Virus record (IMG/VR): IMGVR_UViG_3300028177_000001
Coordinates: 186,001-250,000 of that record
Strand: one strand, 5' to 3'
Length of the DNA stretch: 64,000 nucleotides
A program made the position numbers and the translations under genes. Each line of letters starts with the position of its first letter. The first letter of the stretch is position 1. Of the stretch, positions 9,199 to 18,847 are shown piece after piece. The notes under the pieces were generated by a model. That model saw only the letters and a list, made by a program, of their open reading frames with translations, was not told the origin of the DNA and did not search any database.

Positions 9199-10001
9199 GT
9201 GCGCTCCTTGAGCAAGGAGTCGTGCTCCATGTTGTCGTAGCAGCTACCTCGGACGTGGTTCAGATAAGTCGCGAGCGCAGCCACCCCGTGCTCTGCGAGG
9301 GCTTCCGCCTCCTCCTCACCGATGATTTCCGGGGCACCGTGTAGCCGGCAGTATGTGCAAGGTGACTGGCGGACCTCGAGTTCATTCGGGGGAAGCCACC
9401 GGTGGATGCTCTCGATCATGAAGTGTTCGCCTTCCGGGTGCACGTCGACCACCTTGGTGAATCCGGGACGCGGAGTCCTCTTGATAGCCCCCCAGGCGTC
9501 CGCTGTGGGTCGGGCGAGGTCCCCGACCTTGATGTCGAGAATGAAGGGGGACGTCCCCTTGGCCGCTTCCGCAATCGCCTCCTTCAGGAAGGGTCCAGCG
9601 ACCTTCTCTACGAGCTTGCCCACACGCCGCTTGATCGCAGCGGTTGCCTCGGTCTCCAGGTCGCCGATGTCCCACATGTAGTGAACGTCTTCCAGCTGGT
9701 ACCTCAGAACGCCGTCTATGGTCTGGGTCCCCTTCACCTTGAAGTAGGGGCCGTGGGGTCGCTGCGGGAAGTTCGCCTCCCATTTGCTCTTGATCGGTCG
9801 TACACGGGCTCCCACGGCCAGGGAGTCCGGACTGGTCGGCTGAGCCTCCGAAACTACTCGCAGCTCAGGGTGCTCTTCTGCGAGCCACGTGACCACGTCC
9901 TTCAGTCCGGCAGGCTGGTATCCCGGGTCTCCATCGCTGTTCTGGCGAGAGACGCGCTCTGCGTGGTTACGCGGAGGGATCCAGACAAAGAGTTCAGACA
10001 T
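9195..10001 (-). CDS. hypothetical protein with two SH3/KOW-like segments
   Basis: LAVGARVRP and IKVGDLARP; in-operon overlaps. Confidence 0.6.
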   Translation of the reverse strand: MSELFVWIPPRNHAERVSRQNSDGDPGYQPAGLKDVVTWLAEEHPELRVVSEAQPTSPDSLAVGARVRPIKSKWEANFPQRPHGPYFKVKGTQTIDGVLRYQLEDVHYMWDIGDLETEATAAIKRRVGKLVEKVAGPFLKEAIAEAAKGTSPFILDIKVGDLARPTADAWGAIKRTPRPGFTKVVDVHPEGEHFMIESIHRWLPPNELEVRQSPCTYCRLHGAPEIIGEEEAEALAEHGVAALATYLNHVRGSCYDNMEHDSLLKERT

Positions 10002-10287
10002 AGATGACCTCGAGGCGGTGTTTCAACTCAAGCTTCAAGGCGAGAGCCTTCAGGTGTTGGGAGTTGCCGGACCTGTGGCCTACGCTGTAGACGCCGGGCA
10101 CGTGGACGGACAACCGCCAGTCGTTGTGCTGGTCAAGCTGCCATCTGTCGTCCCGACCCTGGTAGATGCGGACGGGCTCCCAGCCGGGCTCTTCGGGTTC
10201 GAGAATTCCAGCCAGGAACTGGGCAAACAGCGTTGGTGTCAGCGGGCTCTTGACTCGAAACATTGTGTGTCGTCCTCTGGGGGACAT
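9994..10287 (-). CDS. hypothetical protein
   Basis: In-operon ORF. Confidence 0.5.
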   Translation of the reverse strand: MSPRGRHTMFRVKSPLTPTLFAQFLAGILEPEEPGWEPVRIYQGRDDRWQLDQHNDWRLSVHVPGVYSVGHRSGNSQHLKALALKLELKHRLEVIYV

Positions 10288-10288
10288 A

Positions 10289-10678
10289 CTACCGTCCCTC
10301 CAGGGCTGCCACCGCTGTCTTCAGCTTCTTCCAGTCCCGGCTGTAGCCGAGCACGCAAGCTCCTACAACAGCCAGGACGTGCTTGCATGTCCCGGCCCGC
10401 CCGTGGTCGTAGCAGTCGCACTTGACGATTGCTCGTCCGCCCCCCTTGAGGGTAATGGACACTGGGTAGGCTTGAGTGCCCTGCACCAGAGCAGTGATGC
10501 TGTCCGGCTCGTCGGCTCGGACCCACTTGACCGCCCCGGACTCAAGCAAGGCTCGCGCCTTCTGGCGCCGAGCAGCTTCGGAACCCTCCACCAGCAAACG
10601 GAGTGCGCGGGAGCGCCCGAGGATCTGCCCTTGGGCTTCCTTCAGGGCGTCGATCAGGTCTTGCATTTCCTGTGTCAA
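10289..10678 (-). CDS. SWIM zinc-finger protein
   Basis: VQGTQAYPVSI ... CDCYD ... CKHVLAV. Confidence 0.85.
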   Translation of the reverse strand: MTQEMQDLIDALKEAQGQILGRSRALRLLVEGSEAARRQKARALLESGAVKWVRADEPDSITALVQGTQAYPVSITLKGGGRAIVKCDCYDHGRAGTCKHVLAVVGACVLGYSRDWKKLKTAVAALEGR

Positions 10679-10741
10679 AGCGGCCTCCGACTCTCGAAGA
10701 GTTACCGGGGTGCCCGCTTCGTAAGACCCTCCAGCAGCCCC

Positions 10742-11167
10742 CTATGAAGCCGTTTTGAGCGCCTGGCCAACAATAAGGGGCAGTGCGCTGAGAGCCTGGG
10801 TAGCGTAGCCCCACGGGTCAGTTTCGCGCTTCTCCAGGGCCTCCCGTGCGGTCCGAAGCAGAACCATCTCTACGTGCCAGGCGAGTCTGTCTTCGGGAGA
10901 GAGCCTCCGATAGGCAGATGCCACCTGCTGCCTGCTGTACTTGCAGAACGAGCCCCCGATTCCCAGGTCGTGGATGATCTTGCCCTGGGGCCACCAGCCC
11001 TTTGCCCATCGGTGTTCCGTATTCTTCCCGTCGATGAACTTGGACATCACGTCGCGGAGAGCCTGGCCTTCTGGTCCGATCTGGTGGTGGTAGCTCCGCA
11101 GGGAGTCCTCGGCCTTCTTGAGGCGCAGCCAGTTCTTGTAGATCTTCCGGGCCTGTCGTCTGTTCAT
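10742..11167 (-). CDS. hypothetical protein
   Basis: Starts MNRRQARK, typical of phage small proteins. Confidence 0.55.
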   Translation of the reverse strand: MNRRQARKIYKNWLRLKKAEDSLRSYHHQIGPEGQALRDVMSKFIDGKNTEHRWAKGWWPQGKIIHDLGIGGSFCKYSRQQVASAYRRLSPEDRLAWHVEMVLLRTAREALEKRETDPWGYATQALSALPLIVGQALKTAS

Positions 11168-11193
11168 TCGTCGTGCCTCTTCGGATTGCGCGC

Positions 11194-11760
11194 TCAGCGA
11201 GGGGAAACCTCGTACAGTCGTAGCGCGTGTGCTCGCAGCTGGGTCAGTGCCTCGACCTTCCGGTCGATCTTCTCGATCGTGGACCCTCGGTCACGAACCT
11301 TGAGGTCGTAGGCTTCAATCATCGCAGGGAGGTGTTCGATGTAGTTGCAGACGAGGTGAAGCTCGTGGTGGCCGTCCCACACTACCGACCCGCCCTCTCC
11401 GGGCAGCGCCTGGGGGGTCTCGGCTTTGAGCCCCAGGGCTTCGACCAGCAGCTTCTCTGCCTGCTTCTCCTCGTGCCGGTCAGACCATGCAGTCAGCCGA
11501 ACCCGCTTGAGGTCCTCCGTGAGTTCCACGGCCCAGGTCAACGGGGCGGCGAGGAGACGGAAGTTCCGCAGGGCTGTCCTCTTCTCCAAGGCGTGCACGT
11601 CGCGGTTGAGCTCCGTAAGCATCTCGCGCATGCCGCTCATCTGCTCGATAAGCAGGTCTCGCCTTCGGGTGAGGCGGATCAACTCAGAGCTCACGGCGTT
11701 CGACCCCGGTATTCGGCCTATCGGGGACCGATACGATGTCCTCAAATAGGAGTGCTGCAA
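11194..11760 (-). CDS. coiled-coil hypothetical protein (true start probably internal)
   Basis: Heptad-rich ORF. Confidence 0.5.
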   Translation of the reverse strand: MQHSYLRTSYRSPIGRIPGSNAVSSELIRLTRRRDLLIEQMSGMREMLTELNRDVHALEKRTALRNFRLLAAPLTWAVELTEDLKRVRLTAWSDRHEEKQAEKLLVEALGLKAETPQALPGEGGSVVWDGHHELHLVCNYIEHLPAMIEAYDLKVRDRGSTIEKIDRKVEALTQLRAHALRLYEVSPR

Positions 11761-12326
11761 TGCGCAGATTCATGGCCTTGGCCGTCCTTTCTCTGGGTCT
11801 CTTGACCCTTCCGATTACCTCTGCGTTCGCAGAAGACCCCCCGGCGGACCCCGTCGCTGAAGAGGTCTCCGCAGAGACCCCCGAAGACGCACCTGAGGCT
11901 GACGCTGAGGAAGCTGACGCGCCTGAGGCTGACGCTGAGGAAACAGAAGCCTCCGTCCCCGAGACCGACGCCGAGGCTCTCGCCGTTGCCGTGTCTATGA
12001 TCGACGCTCTCAAGGCAGGGCAGTACCCCCTGGCTGCGGGTCTGTTCCTCACCCTTCTGGTGTTCCTGGTCAACCGGTTCTCTACCAAGGACCTGATCCC
12101 CGACAAGTGGGAGCCTGTTCTGGCCTTCGGAGTCGGCTTCGCCGGTGCTACCGGAACGGGTCTGGCTATGGGTACACCTGTGGGCGAAGCTCTGGCTGCG
12201 GGTGCAATCGCGGGCCTCGCCGGTGTCGGTGGTTGGCAGATGGCCGTCAAGGCGCTGGGCGACCTGAAGCCTTCCAAGAAGGAAGCTGACCCGGAGCCTC
12301 CCGCTGAGGAAGACGCCAAGGCGTAG
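11760..12326 (+). CDS. signal peptide plus acidic linker plus 3-TM holin-like membrane protein
   Basis: Signal peptide MRRFMALAVL...SAFA, EADA repeats, LIPDKWEPVLAFGVG resembling phage holin motifs. Confidence 0.55.
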   Translation: MRRFMALAVLSLGLLTLPITSAFAEDPPADPVAEEVSAETPEDAPEADAEEADAPEADAEETEASVPETDAEALAVAVSMIDALKAGQYPLAAGLFLTLLVFLVNRFSTKDLIPDKWEPVLAFGVGFAGATGTGLAMGTPVGEALAAGAIAGLAGVGGWQMAVKALGDLKPSKKEADPEPPAEEDAKA

Positions 12327-12340
12327 CCTTCACCGATAGC

Positions 12341-12381
12341 ACAGGGGACCCCGCTGGAGTAGCCTCCAGCGGGGTCTCTGT
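12341..12381. terminator. long hairpin between convergent genes
   Basis: ACAGGGGACCCCGCTGGAG-TAGC-CTCCAGCGGGGTCTCTGT. Confidence 0.7.
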
Positions 12382-12545
12382 CTTTAGAGGGGTCTGGCGT
12401 GTGCGAGGGTCCCAGTCGTAGCCGTTGTGGCCGCAGGTGTGGGTCTGGTCGCAGTTGCCGCACCTGTACTGAGGGCGTCCGTCCTGAGCGTAGCCGTCAG
12501 GGTCGATCCGCCCCTTGAGGCATGCCTTGCATCGGCGTCCCCGCT

Positions 12546-12848
12546 TCACGGCTTCGAACCTCCGCAGAACTCCTCGGCTCTGCCGCAGTACGCACACGTC
12601 GGGGAGATAGTGAAGCCGTTCCGGTCCTCTGTGGTCAAGGACATGACGTGATCGGGTTCTGACGCCTCTGCAAGGAGGGGCTCCGGTTGGGGCCAGCGAA
12701 GGGCGGCTACGTCAATCTGAAGCCCCACAAGGTCGTCGTAGCCCTTGACGCCGGTGAGGGTCCCGTTCTCAGCAGCACACTCCACAGGGGAGCTGTGGAG
12801 GATCATGAGAACTCGCTCCAGGAGCTTGCGGTCGTTCACGTTGCTCAT
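12546..12848 (-). CDS. hypothetical protein (C-terminal CxxC)
   Basis: ORF preceded by GGAG RBS. Confidence 0.5.
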   Translation of the reverse strand: MSNVNDRKLLERVLMILHSSPVECAAENGTLTGVKGYDDLVGLQIDVAALRWPQPEPLLAEASEPDHVMSLTTEDRNGFTISPTCAYCGRAEEFCGGSKP

Positions 12849-12884
12849 AACAAGGAGTACCGTTCCTTGAACCGGGCCCCCCGG

Positions 12885-13346
12885 CTATGGCTTGAGGCCC
12901 TTCAGAAACTCACGATCGAAGGCGTCCCGGTAGCTCTCTACGCTCTGCCTCATTATTCTCTCGACAAAGCCAGGCTGCGGCTTTGAGAGCTCGTCCGCAG
13001 GAACAGTGACCGGACGAACAGTGCGCGTGGGTACAGGCGAAGCCTTGACCAGTTTGCTGAACTCGGCAAATGAGATGTCGTCCATGACGAACATCTCGGG
13101 GCCTGGGGACCCGCCGAAGAGACCTGGGGGTCGGAATAGGAAGATCTGGGGGTCGTGCACGGAGGCCCAGTTGCGCGGGTCCTTGGTCCACTTCTTCCGG
13201 ATGCGCTTCTTCTTGGAGCGAGGGAAGCGAGTCTGTACCTGCTTGTAGACAGGTCGGATGGTGTGGATGTCGACGCTCCCCAAGGAGCCCATCATAGTTT
13301 CGAGGTTCGACACGGGGTATCTCCTCCGGGTGCTGATTACAGACAA
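12885..13346 (-). CDS. hypothetical protein
   Basis: RFPRSKKKRIRKKW segment typical of phage small proteins; start probably later than annotated. Confidence 0.55.
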   Translation of the reverse strand: MSVISTRRRYPVSNLETMMGSLGSVDIHTIRPVYKQVQTRFPRSKKKRIRKKWTKDPRNWASVHDPQIFLFRPPGLFGGSPGPEMFVMDDISFAEFSKLVKASPVPTRTVRPVTVPADELSKPQPGFVERIMRQSVESYRDAFDREFLKGLKP

Positions 13347-14022
13347 GTACGTCGCCGCATGCCAGCCCAGAACGGGCTCTACCCTGCGCCGCCACGGCTT
13401 TGTGCCTGTTCTGGGAGGGCTCTCGTCTATCGAAGTCGGCGGAAAGCTCTACAACGGCCACATACCCTTGAGGTCGTTCCCGTCTGAAGTCACTGTTGGC
13501 CGAACTGGCATTGCTACGGTCCGGGATCCCTTCAGCTGGATGGCCTCGGTGTACCACTGGATGCGGGCCGTCCCCCGAAAGAGCTTCGAACAACACCTGT
13601 TAGCCTGGGGGCAGGGCTCCGCTGAATGGTCGCGGGTGCTCTACGGCTGGACTCACCCGTGGGAGGTCTCGCCGCTGTTAGGCTCGCACGCCGTTGCGAA
13701 CCCCGGAGCCCCAGACTGGGCTTCGCAGAACGAAGGGTTCTGGACCATATCCACACGCTGGTTCCACGAAGGCTCTGCCCTGGTGTTGGATGCGTCCCGA
13801 CAGAATGAAGCGTGGGCCGAGCTCTTTCCCGAACACCGAGACGCTCTGATCGCGTGTGGGCGCAAAAACGGAACCCCTCGGCCCGTTGTCGCCGACCTCT
13901 ACACTTCGGAGCAAGAGGCGTGGGTCCGGGCGAGCGACGGAGTCTTGATGGAGAAGTTGGGCTACGACGGGCTGGGGGATATAGCCCTCCCCCACCTTGT
14001 AGGTTCGTGCCCCTCGCTCTAA
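13330..14022 (+). CDS. sulfotransferase-family protein
   Basis: PRTGST (5'-PSB-like), NGHIPL, TVRDPFSWMASVY (3'-PB motif RxPxxxxxSxY). Confidence 0.75.
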   Translation: MLITDKYVAACQPRTGSTLRRHGFVPVLGGLSSIEVGGKLYNGHIPLRSFPSEVTVGRTGIATVRDPFSWMASVYHWMRAVPRKSFEQHLLAWGQGSAEWSRVLYGWTHPWEVSPLLGSHAVANPGAPDWASQNEGFWTISTRWFHEGSALVLDASRQNEAWAELFPEHRDALIACGRKNGTPRPVVADLYTSEQEAWVRASDGVLMEKLGYDGLGDIALPHLVGSCPSL

Positions 14023-14324
14023 CAGGGGTCGGAAGGTCCTGGGTAGAACGACAGGAGAGCTGAGTCGTCCGCCGGGTCGTAGGTTGCCTGAACCGTGCCC
14101 CAGTCTCCGAAGAGTGCATGCAAGCGGTCGGCCTCCTCCAGTAGGTCTACACGGGTGCTGGTCATGTGGACGTGTGGGAAGTCAAGAACGCTCTCGAATC
14201 CGCGACCTTCCTTGAACTTGGTGGCCCCGTCCCCGGAATCCGTGGTGGTGAACCCCGCCCCGTTGAGACGGAGCACCCACTCTCGAATGCCGGGGTCAAG
14301 CGCCGCTACGAGCTTCGGGTCCAT
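14019..14324 (-). CDS. hypothetical protein (LDPGI...LNGAGFTTTDSGDG family)
   Basis: Motif resembles TYW3-like small phage proteins (from memory). Confidence 0.5.
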   Translation of the reverse strand: MDPKLVAALDPGIREWVLRLNGAGFTTTDSGDGATKFKEGRGFESVLDFPHVHMTSTRVDLLEEADRLHALFGDWGTVQATYDPADDSALLSFYPGPSDPC

Positions 14325-14422
14325 GGGCTCAATGCTCCTCCGCAGTTCTTGCAGTTGGTCTGGGTGTAGTTCACCTTCAAGACGGTCCCCGCCCCTGGGT
14401 GCGTATCGAGCTGAACCACGAG

Positions 14423-15583
14423 CTATCCCCGCCAGCCCGGAGGGGCCGGGACGCTGGGGCCCGTGGACGCGGGGAAGGCTGAGGGGGTCTGGTGCAGGTC
14501 GGGGAGCGGCACGCCCCACTCCTTCAGCTTGGCGCGAACACCGTAGCGGAACACCAGGACCGCGCTGGGGGTCTCGGAGGCCCGCTTGAAGGTGGTCTCC
14601 GTCGTGTACATCCGAGCCTGCTGGCCGTAGCCCGTACCCAGGCTGGGCGCACCCTTGGTGACCCGACGACTACGAGTCGGACTGGAGGAGAGGGTGCGGC
14701 TAAACCCGTCGTCCGACTCTTCGGACGCGGCGCAAGCAGCGTTCGCCGCGTACACAGTGCCCATGTCCGCAGCACCCAGAGAGTCTGGCTCCATCGGTGC
14801 GCTATCCATGACCGCGCTGCCTTCATCGTTCCTCTGTGAGTAGAGGTCGATGTTCGGAAGCTTGCCCGAAGGGGTGGCCGATTCCATCGTCCACGTCCCG
14901 TGCAGCGGTGTGGAATGCCCGGTGTTCAAAGCGAAGTTGGTCGTGGTCGGCGCGGCTTCGTCGAAGAGAGCGACCCCGATCACACCCGTGTTCTTGGTGC
15001 CTCGTCCGGTCTTGTTGGCGTAGCTCTGCGTCGACGCGTCGAACTGGAAGGCTGCGACCTCCGAGTCCGTCCGGCGCCAGCCCTTGATGTTCGCGGTCTG
15101 GTAGGCCCCGAGCACGTAGCCTGTGCCTTCGTAGCCTGCGGTCTCGCCGTCCACGACGTTGACTCCGTCGACTGAGAGGACGGCCAGCTTGCGAACCCCG
15201 GTGGTGTTGCGGAGACGGATCTGGTACTCTCCGGCCTGGGGGACCTCGAAGTAGGACTGACCCTCATGGGTGTGCTTGCGGAGGACACGGCCTCCCTGGA
15301 CGATGTCGACTTGCACGATAGACCTCGGATTGGAAGAAACCCGAGCAATGCTGCGGGTCGGGTGGTGGAACTGAACGGGGATGGTGGTGGGATTCTGAGC
15401 ACCCAGAAGGTCGCAGGCCTCGCACTTCTTCACGAACTTGGGCCCCAGACGGGCTGAGCCTGGATCCCCAGAGCGGCGACGCTTCAACCGTCTCCGGGTT
15501 TCGTGGCCGCAAGCCAGAAGCAAGCTGGCCCATGGCCCATGTGGGTTGTCTGCTACCACGGTGAGCACCGGGATGCGGGTCAT
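14423..15583 (-). CDS. conserved hypothetical protein (beta-sandwich; LSVDGVNVVDG, NTGVIGVALFDE, LGTGYG)
   Basis: Recognisable conserved motifs; start uncertain (15583 or a later GTG). Confidence 0.7.
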   Translation of the reverse strand: MTRIPVLTVVADNPHGPWASLLLACGHETRRRLKRRRSGDPGSARLGPKFVKKCEACDLLGAQNPTTIPVQFHHPTRSIARVSSNPRSIVQVDIVQGGRVLRKHTHEGQSYFEVPQAGEYQIRLRNTTGVRKLAVLSVDGVNVVDGETAGYEGTGYVLGAYQTANIKGWRRTDSEVAAFQFDASTQSYANKTGRGTKNTGVIGVALFDEAAPTTTNFALNTGHSTPLHGTWTMESATPSGKLPNIDLYSQRNDEGSAVMDSAPMEPDSLGAADMGTVYAANAACAASEESDDGFSRTLSSSPTRSRRVTKGAPSLGTGYGQQARMYTTETTFKRASETPSAVLVFRYGVRAKLKEWGVPLPDLHQTPSAFPASTGPSVPAPPGWRG

Positions 15584-15825
15584 GAGTTCTCCTGGTACTG
15601 AGCGAAGGGTAGAGGGTGGTCTGGACTTGAACCGAGGGGTGCCTCGGTTTCTGCTGGGAAGGGGTCTGGAGCAGGAGGCTTGAGGATGATCTTTCCAGAC
15701 TGCACCGCCCGGAGCAACTCCTCGATCATTACGCTGCGGTTTGCGAACCCCAGGCGCGGCGCGGCCTTCAAGGCCCACTTGCCCACTTCTACATCCAGGT
15801 TGATACCGAACTGCTTCTTGCCCAT
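15580..15825 (-). CDS. ribbon-helix-helix (CopG-like) DNA-binding protein
   Basis: KKQFGINLD (alternating beta strand) ... NRSVMIEELLR. Confidence 0.65.
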   Translation of the reverse strand: MGKKQFGINLDVEVGKWALKAAPRLGFANRSVMIEELLRAVQSGKIILKPPAPDPFPAETEAPLGSSPDHPLPFAQYQENS

Positions 15826-15840
15826 GCTCTTACCCTACCC

Positions 15841-15872
15841 CCGCATATACGCGCATATACGCGCATATGCGG
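15841..15872. promoter_or_regulatory. tandem/palindromic operator candidate upstream of the RHH gene
   Basis: CCGCATATACGCGCATATACGCGCATATGCGG: GCATAT three times at 10-bp period with inverted ends. Confidence 0.55.
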
Positions 15873-15942
15873 CAGCGCGGCCAGATTGGGCCAGAAAGTC
15901 TCGGCCTCGCTCGAAAGCAGAGCTTCAGAGAGGCGTGACCTG

Positions 15943-17391
15943 TTAGGTCAGCGGGTCGCCGTCCTCAATGTTTTCCTTCAAGTCGTCCAGAAGCTCTCGT
16001 AGCGTCATGGCGACCTTGCCCCGGACGTACCCAGCCGCCACGGCCCGAATCCCTGCGACCTGAACGAACGTCATCGGGTCGAAGGTGAGCTGGGTGCGTG
16101 CATCAAGCACTGCGTCCGTTAGTGAAGCAGCTGCTCGCCCCCGGGAGAGAAACTGCAAGAGGATAGTGGGGTCGATGTACGCGCCCCGCGTAGTAGATGC
16201 GTTGTCGTGGTTGAGAGCACTCTGCGCTTCGGTGAGTGCTTGCCCGATGGTTTCCACCAGAGCCTCTACAACCCTCTCTCGCAGGGCTTCAGTCTCCTCC
16301 TGGGCGAAGCCCCGGATGCGCTCGTACAAGTCCTCCTGCCCATTCCTCAGCGCTGTGAGCACAGTGTCTGTGGCGCGGAGCTTCCGGAAGTCGGTCGGGT
16401 CGATGCCCTTGAAGTTCTTCTTGAAGTAGTTGTGGAGGTCGTTGTATGTGAACCGCTGCCCAGACGCATCGATGAGCACGTACTTGGACTGACCCTCCCG
16501 AGCCTTGTCCACGTAGTCCTGGAGGACGCGGATCAGCAGACCGTCGGACAACCCCGCCGTGTTCAAAGTCCCGGCCTTGCCGATGAACTCAAGCTGAGCG
16601 AAGTTGTCCCTCAAGAACCGAACGTGGGACGGACCCAGGGTCACTGCGCCGAAGGTCTCCACGGCGACGGACTCACCGTCAATCGTCTCTACGACCCCGT
16701 TGCCCACCCGTCCCGGACGGATGCCTGTCTCCATCATGATGGCCGTGGCCAGAGCGGCCAGGCGTACTTGTTCGTTGCTGCTCTTCAGATCCTTCTTCAC
16801 CCGGATCACGATGGCGTTGTACCGCTTCAGGATCAGCTTCATCCGTGCGATCTTCTTCTCCATAGTGAAGCGCTCGTTCACAAAGCGGTCCGTGACACGC
16901 TGGATGTTCCCGTCGACGTCCACGTCAACAACGATGTTGTCCGGAAGGAACGCCCGCAGTTCCAGAGGCAGAGCCTCCTTGAGAGGGGCCTGGGCCACCG
17001 CCATTTGCTGGGCCTGGTAGCCCTTAGTAGCGAGACGATCCAGCTTCTCCAGTCCCTCTCGTGCTGTTAGGTAGCCGAGACCGATGTCCCGAAAGAGCAG
17101 ACTGCCCGCAGCTCGCCAGTTTCGAGCCTTGACGTGCTCTGCGTCTGTTCCCAGATACTGTTCAAGAAACGCAGCTACCTTCGGGTCTGACCTCAGCACG
17201 GTGTTCAGAGCCCGCTTGCGAGCCTTCTGAACCTTGGCCCCCCTGCCTGGGTTCGCCTCCTTCGCTGCAGCTACCTCAGCGGACAGACCCTGAAGCACTC
17301 GGCGAAACGCCCGGCGAGCGTCGGCCTGGTGCTTAGCCAGATCGACGCGGTCGCGTCTGAACTGCTGCGCGGGGGTGGGGAACGAAGGCAT
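15943..17391 (-). CDS. DNA topoisomerase IB (viral/bacterial type)
   Basis: ETGIRPG (R), FIGKAG (K), DFRKLRAT (R), ALNH (H), GAYIDP (catalytic Y). Confidence 0.88.
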   Translation of the reverse strand: MPSFPTPAQQFRRDRVDLAKHQADARRAFRRVLQGLSAEVAAAKEANPGRGAKVQKARKRALNTVLRSDPKVAAFLEQYLGTDAEHVKARNWRAAGSLLFRDIGLGYLTAREGLEKLDRLATKGYQAQQMAVAQAPLKEALPLELRAFLPDNIVVDVDVDGNIQRVTDRFVNERFTMEKKIARMKLILKRYNAIVIRVKKDLKSSNEQVRLAALATAIMMETGIRPGRVGNGVVETIDGESVAVETFGAVTLGPSHVRFLRDNFAQLEFIGKAGTLNTAGLSDGLLIRVLQDYVDKAREGQSKYVLIDASGQRFTYNDLHNYFKKNFKGIDPTDFRKLRATDTVLTALRNGQEDLYERIRGFAQEETEALRERVVEALVETIGQALTEAQSALNHDNASTTRGAYIDPTILLQFLSRGRAAASLTDAVLDARTQLTFDPMTFVQVAGIRAVAAGYVRGKVAMTLRELLDDLKENIEDGDPLT

Positions 17392-17393
17392 CT

Positions 17394-18593
17394 CTACTGG
17401 CTTCTTGCCAGGCGGAGCAGTGTCCGACGCTCAGGCGACCCCTTTGGCAGCACTGATGCGAGACGTACCAGGGAGCTCTTTTTGTCGGCCTTCCCGCCCT
17501 TTGCGTACTTCTCGGCGGCGTCCTTCCCCTTGTAGGGGCCTCCGGCCTTCCCCTCTGGGTTCTTGGCGTACCACTTCCCCTTCTGTTGCCAGGTGGACCC
17601 CGCCTTGCGAGCAAGATCCAGAGGCTGGTTCTCGTCTACGATGTTGTCCTGAAGGTCGGCGCGGAACACACCGGGCAGATCAAAGGCAGCGGCCAGGGCC
17701 TCTTCGATAGGAGCCTCGATCACCTTCACCTTCATCTTGCGATGAGGGTCGGCCAGAAGCAGGCCTGCATAGCGGTGGTGGCCGTCAATGACTGTGGCCT
17801 TCCCCGTCTTCGGATCCCGGGCGACCAGAATGGGAAGGTCGGGGAGCTTGTCGAACTCACCCGTGAGGAACGCCTTGGCGATCCCGTAGCTCTTTCCCGC
17901 CTTGATTTCAGCCTGGGATGCAATCAACTTGCCGACCTCGATAGAGTCGTCAGTGATCTCTGTGCCCTCCGACTTCAGCTTGTCGAACCACTGCTCCTGC
18001 GTGGTCTTGTCGGACTTCGGGTCCGCCCCCGCCGCCACAGCGGCTTCCCCCTTCTTGACGTCCTTGGGGTCGTCAGAAGCCAGGAGGTCCTTCACGGACT
18101 TGTCCATGATCTGGGGCATGTTGTCCCGGGTGATGCCCAGGTTTCCTTCGCATGCGGGAGGCCTCAGGTTGCAGAAGTCCGTGGCCTTGTCGATACCCTT
18201 CTGGAGCTGCTCCGCGACGTGGATCGCCCGGGACAGATCCCCTCGGGAAACTTCACCGTCTTCCCCTGCAATCACGTTCAGCTTGAAGCTTCCGCCGAGC
18301 GCCTTGACCGCCGGATGATCCTGGAACTGCTTGAGGTCCCCGTCGCTCGCCTTGGTGGTGTCCGCGAACTCCTTCTCATCCCGGAGCACGCCCTTGTCCT
18401 CCTTGTCCTTCTTCCCCTCGCCCTCGTCAGTCTTCTTGACCTGGTGGTTCTTCGGATCCGCGCCTGGGTGTTCCTTCAGGTACTTCTTGAGGGCCTCTGG
18501 GGTGGCGAAGTCTTGCGCCAGACGCAGGAGGGCCCTCCGGTCCTCGGACCCCTGGGGGAGGACGGCGGCGAGCTTGATAAGGGGAAGGCGCAT
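17394..18593 (-). CDS. ParB/Srx-like domain protein bracketed by repeated peptide tags
   Basis: LIASQAEI, PILV, VIDGHHRYA; IKLAAVLPQGSEDRRALL at the N-terminus and VRLASVLPKGSPERRTLL at the C-terminus. Confidence 0.75.
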   Translation of the reverse strand: MRLPLIKLAAVLPQGSEDRRALLRLAQDFATPEALKKYLKEHPGADPKNHQVKKTDEGEGKKDKEDKGVLRDEKEFADTTKASDGDLKQFQDHPAVKALGGSFKLNVIAGEDGEVSRGDLSRAIHVAEQLQKGIDKATDFCNLRPPACEGNLGITRDNMPQIMDKSVKDLLASDDPKDVKKGEAAVAAGADPKSDKTTQEQWFDKLKSEGTEITDDSIEVGKLIASQAEIKAGKSYGIAKAFLTGEFDKLPDLPILVARDPKTGKATVIDGHHRYAGLLLADPHRKMKVKVIEAPIEEALAAAFDLPGVFRADLQDNIVDENQPLDLARKAGSTWQQKGKWYAKNPEGKAGGPYKGKDAAEKYAKGGKADKKSSLVRLASVLPKGSPERRTLLRLARSQ

Positions 18594-18658
18594 TCCGTCT
18601 CCGATAGAGCATTCGTACCCAGGCGCGGGTATAGGTTGCCTACTGAAGAGGAAAGGCC

Positions 18659-18847
18659 ATGCCCATCTACGAATACAGGTGCAAGGACAAGAAGTGTGAC
18701 ACCGTCACGGAGATCATCCGAAGCATCCGAGAGGCGGACGAACCCCAGCCCTGTAAGAAGTGCAAGGGCAAGACCCAGAAGATGGTGTCGCAAACCTCGT
18801 TCTCGCTCCAGGGCGGCGGCTGGGCCAGCGACGGCTACGGAAGCTGA
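18659..18847 (+). CDS. FmdB-family zinc-ribbon protein
   Basis: MPIYEYRC..C ... CKKC ... SFSLQGGGWASDGY. Confidence 0.9.
   Translation: MPIYEYRCKDKKCDTVTEIIRSIREADEPQPCKKCKGKTQKMVSQTSFSLQGGGWASDGYGS

Noticed and set aside
10702-10729. 16th promoter copy (GGGTCTTA-N17-TAA); also a partial copy at about 45987
   Set aside because: The -35 element diverges too much (and the CG before TAA is missing at 10702), so these were not counted.
15943-17391. Tyrosine integrase
   Set aside because: The motif pattern (IRPG, GKAG, DFRKLRAT, LNH, AYIDP) fits Topo IB; no att-like context is seen.
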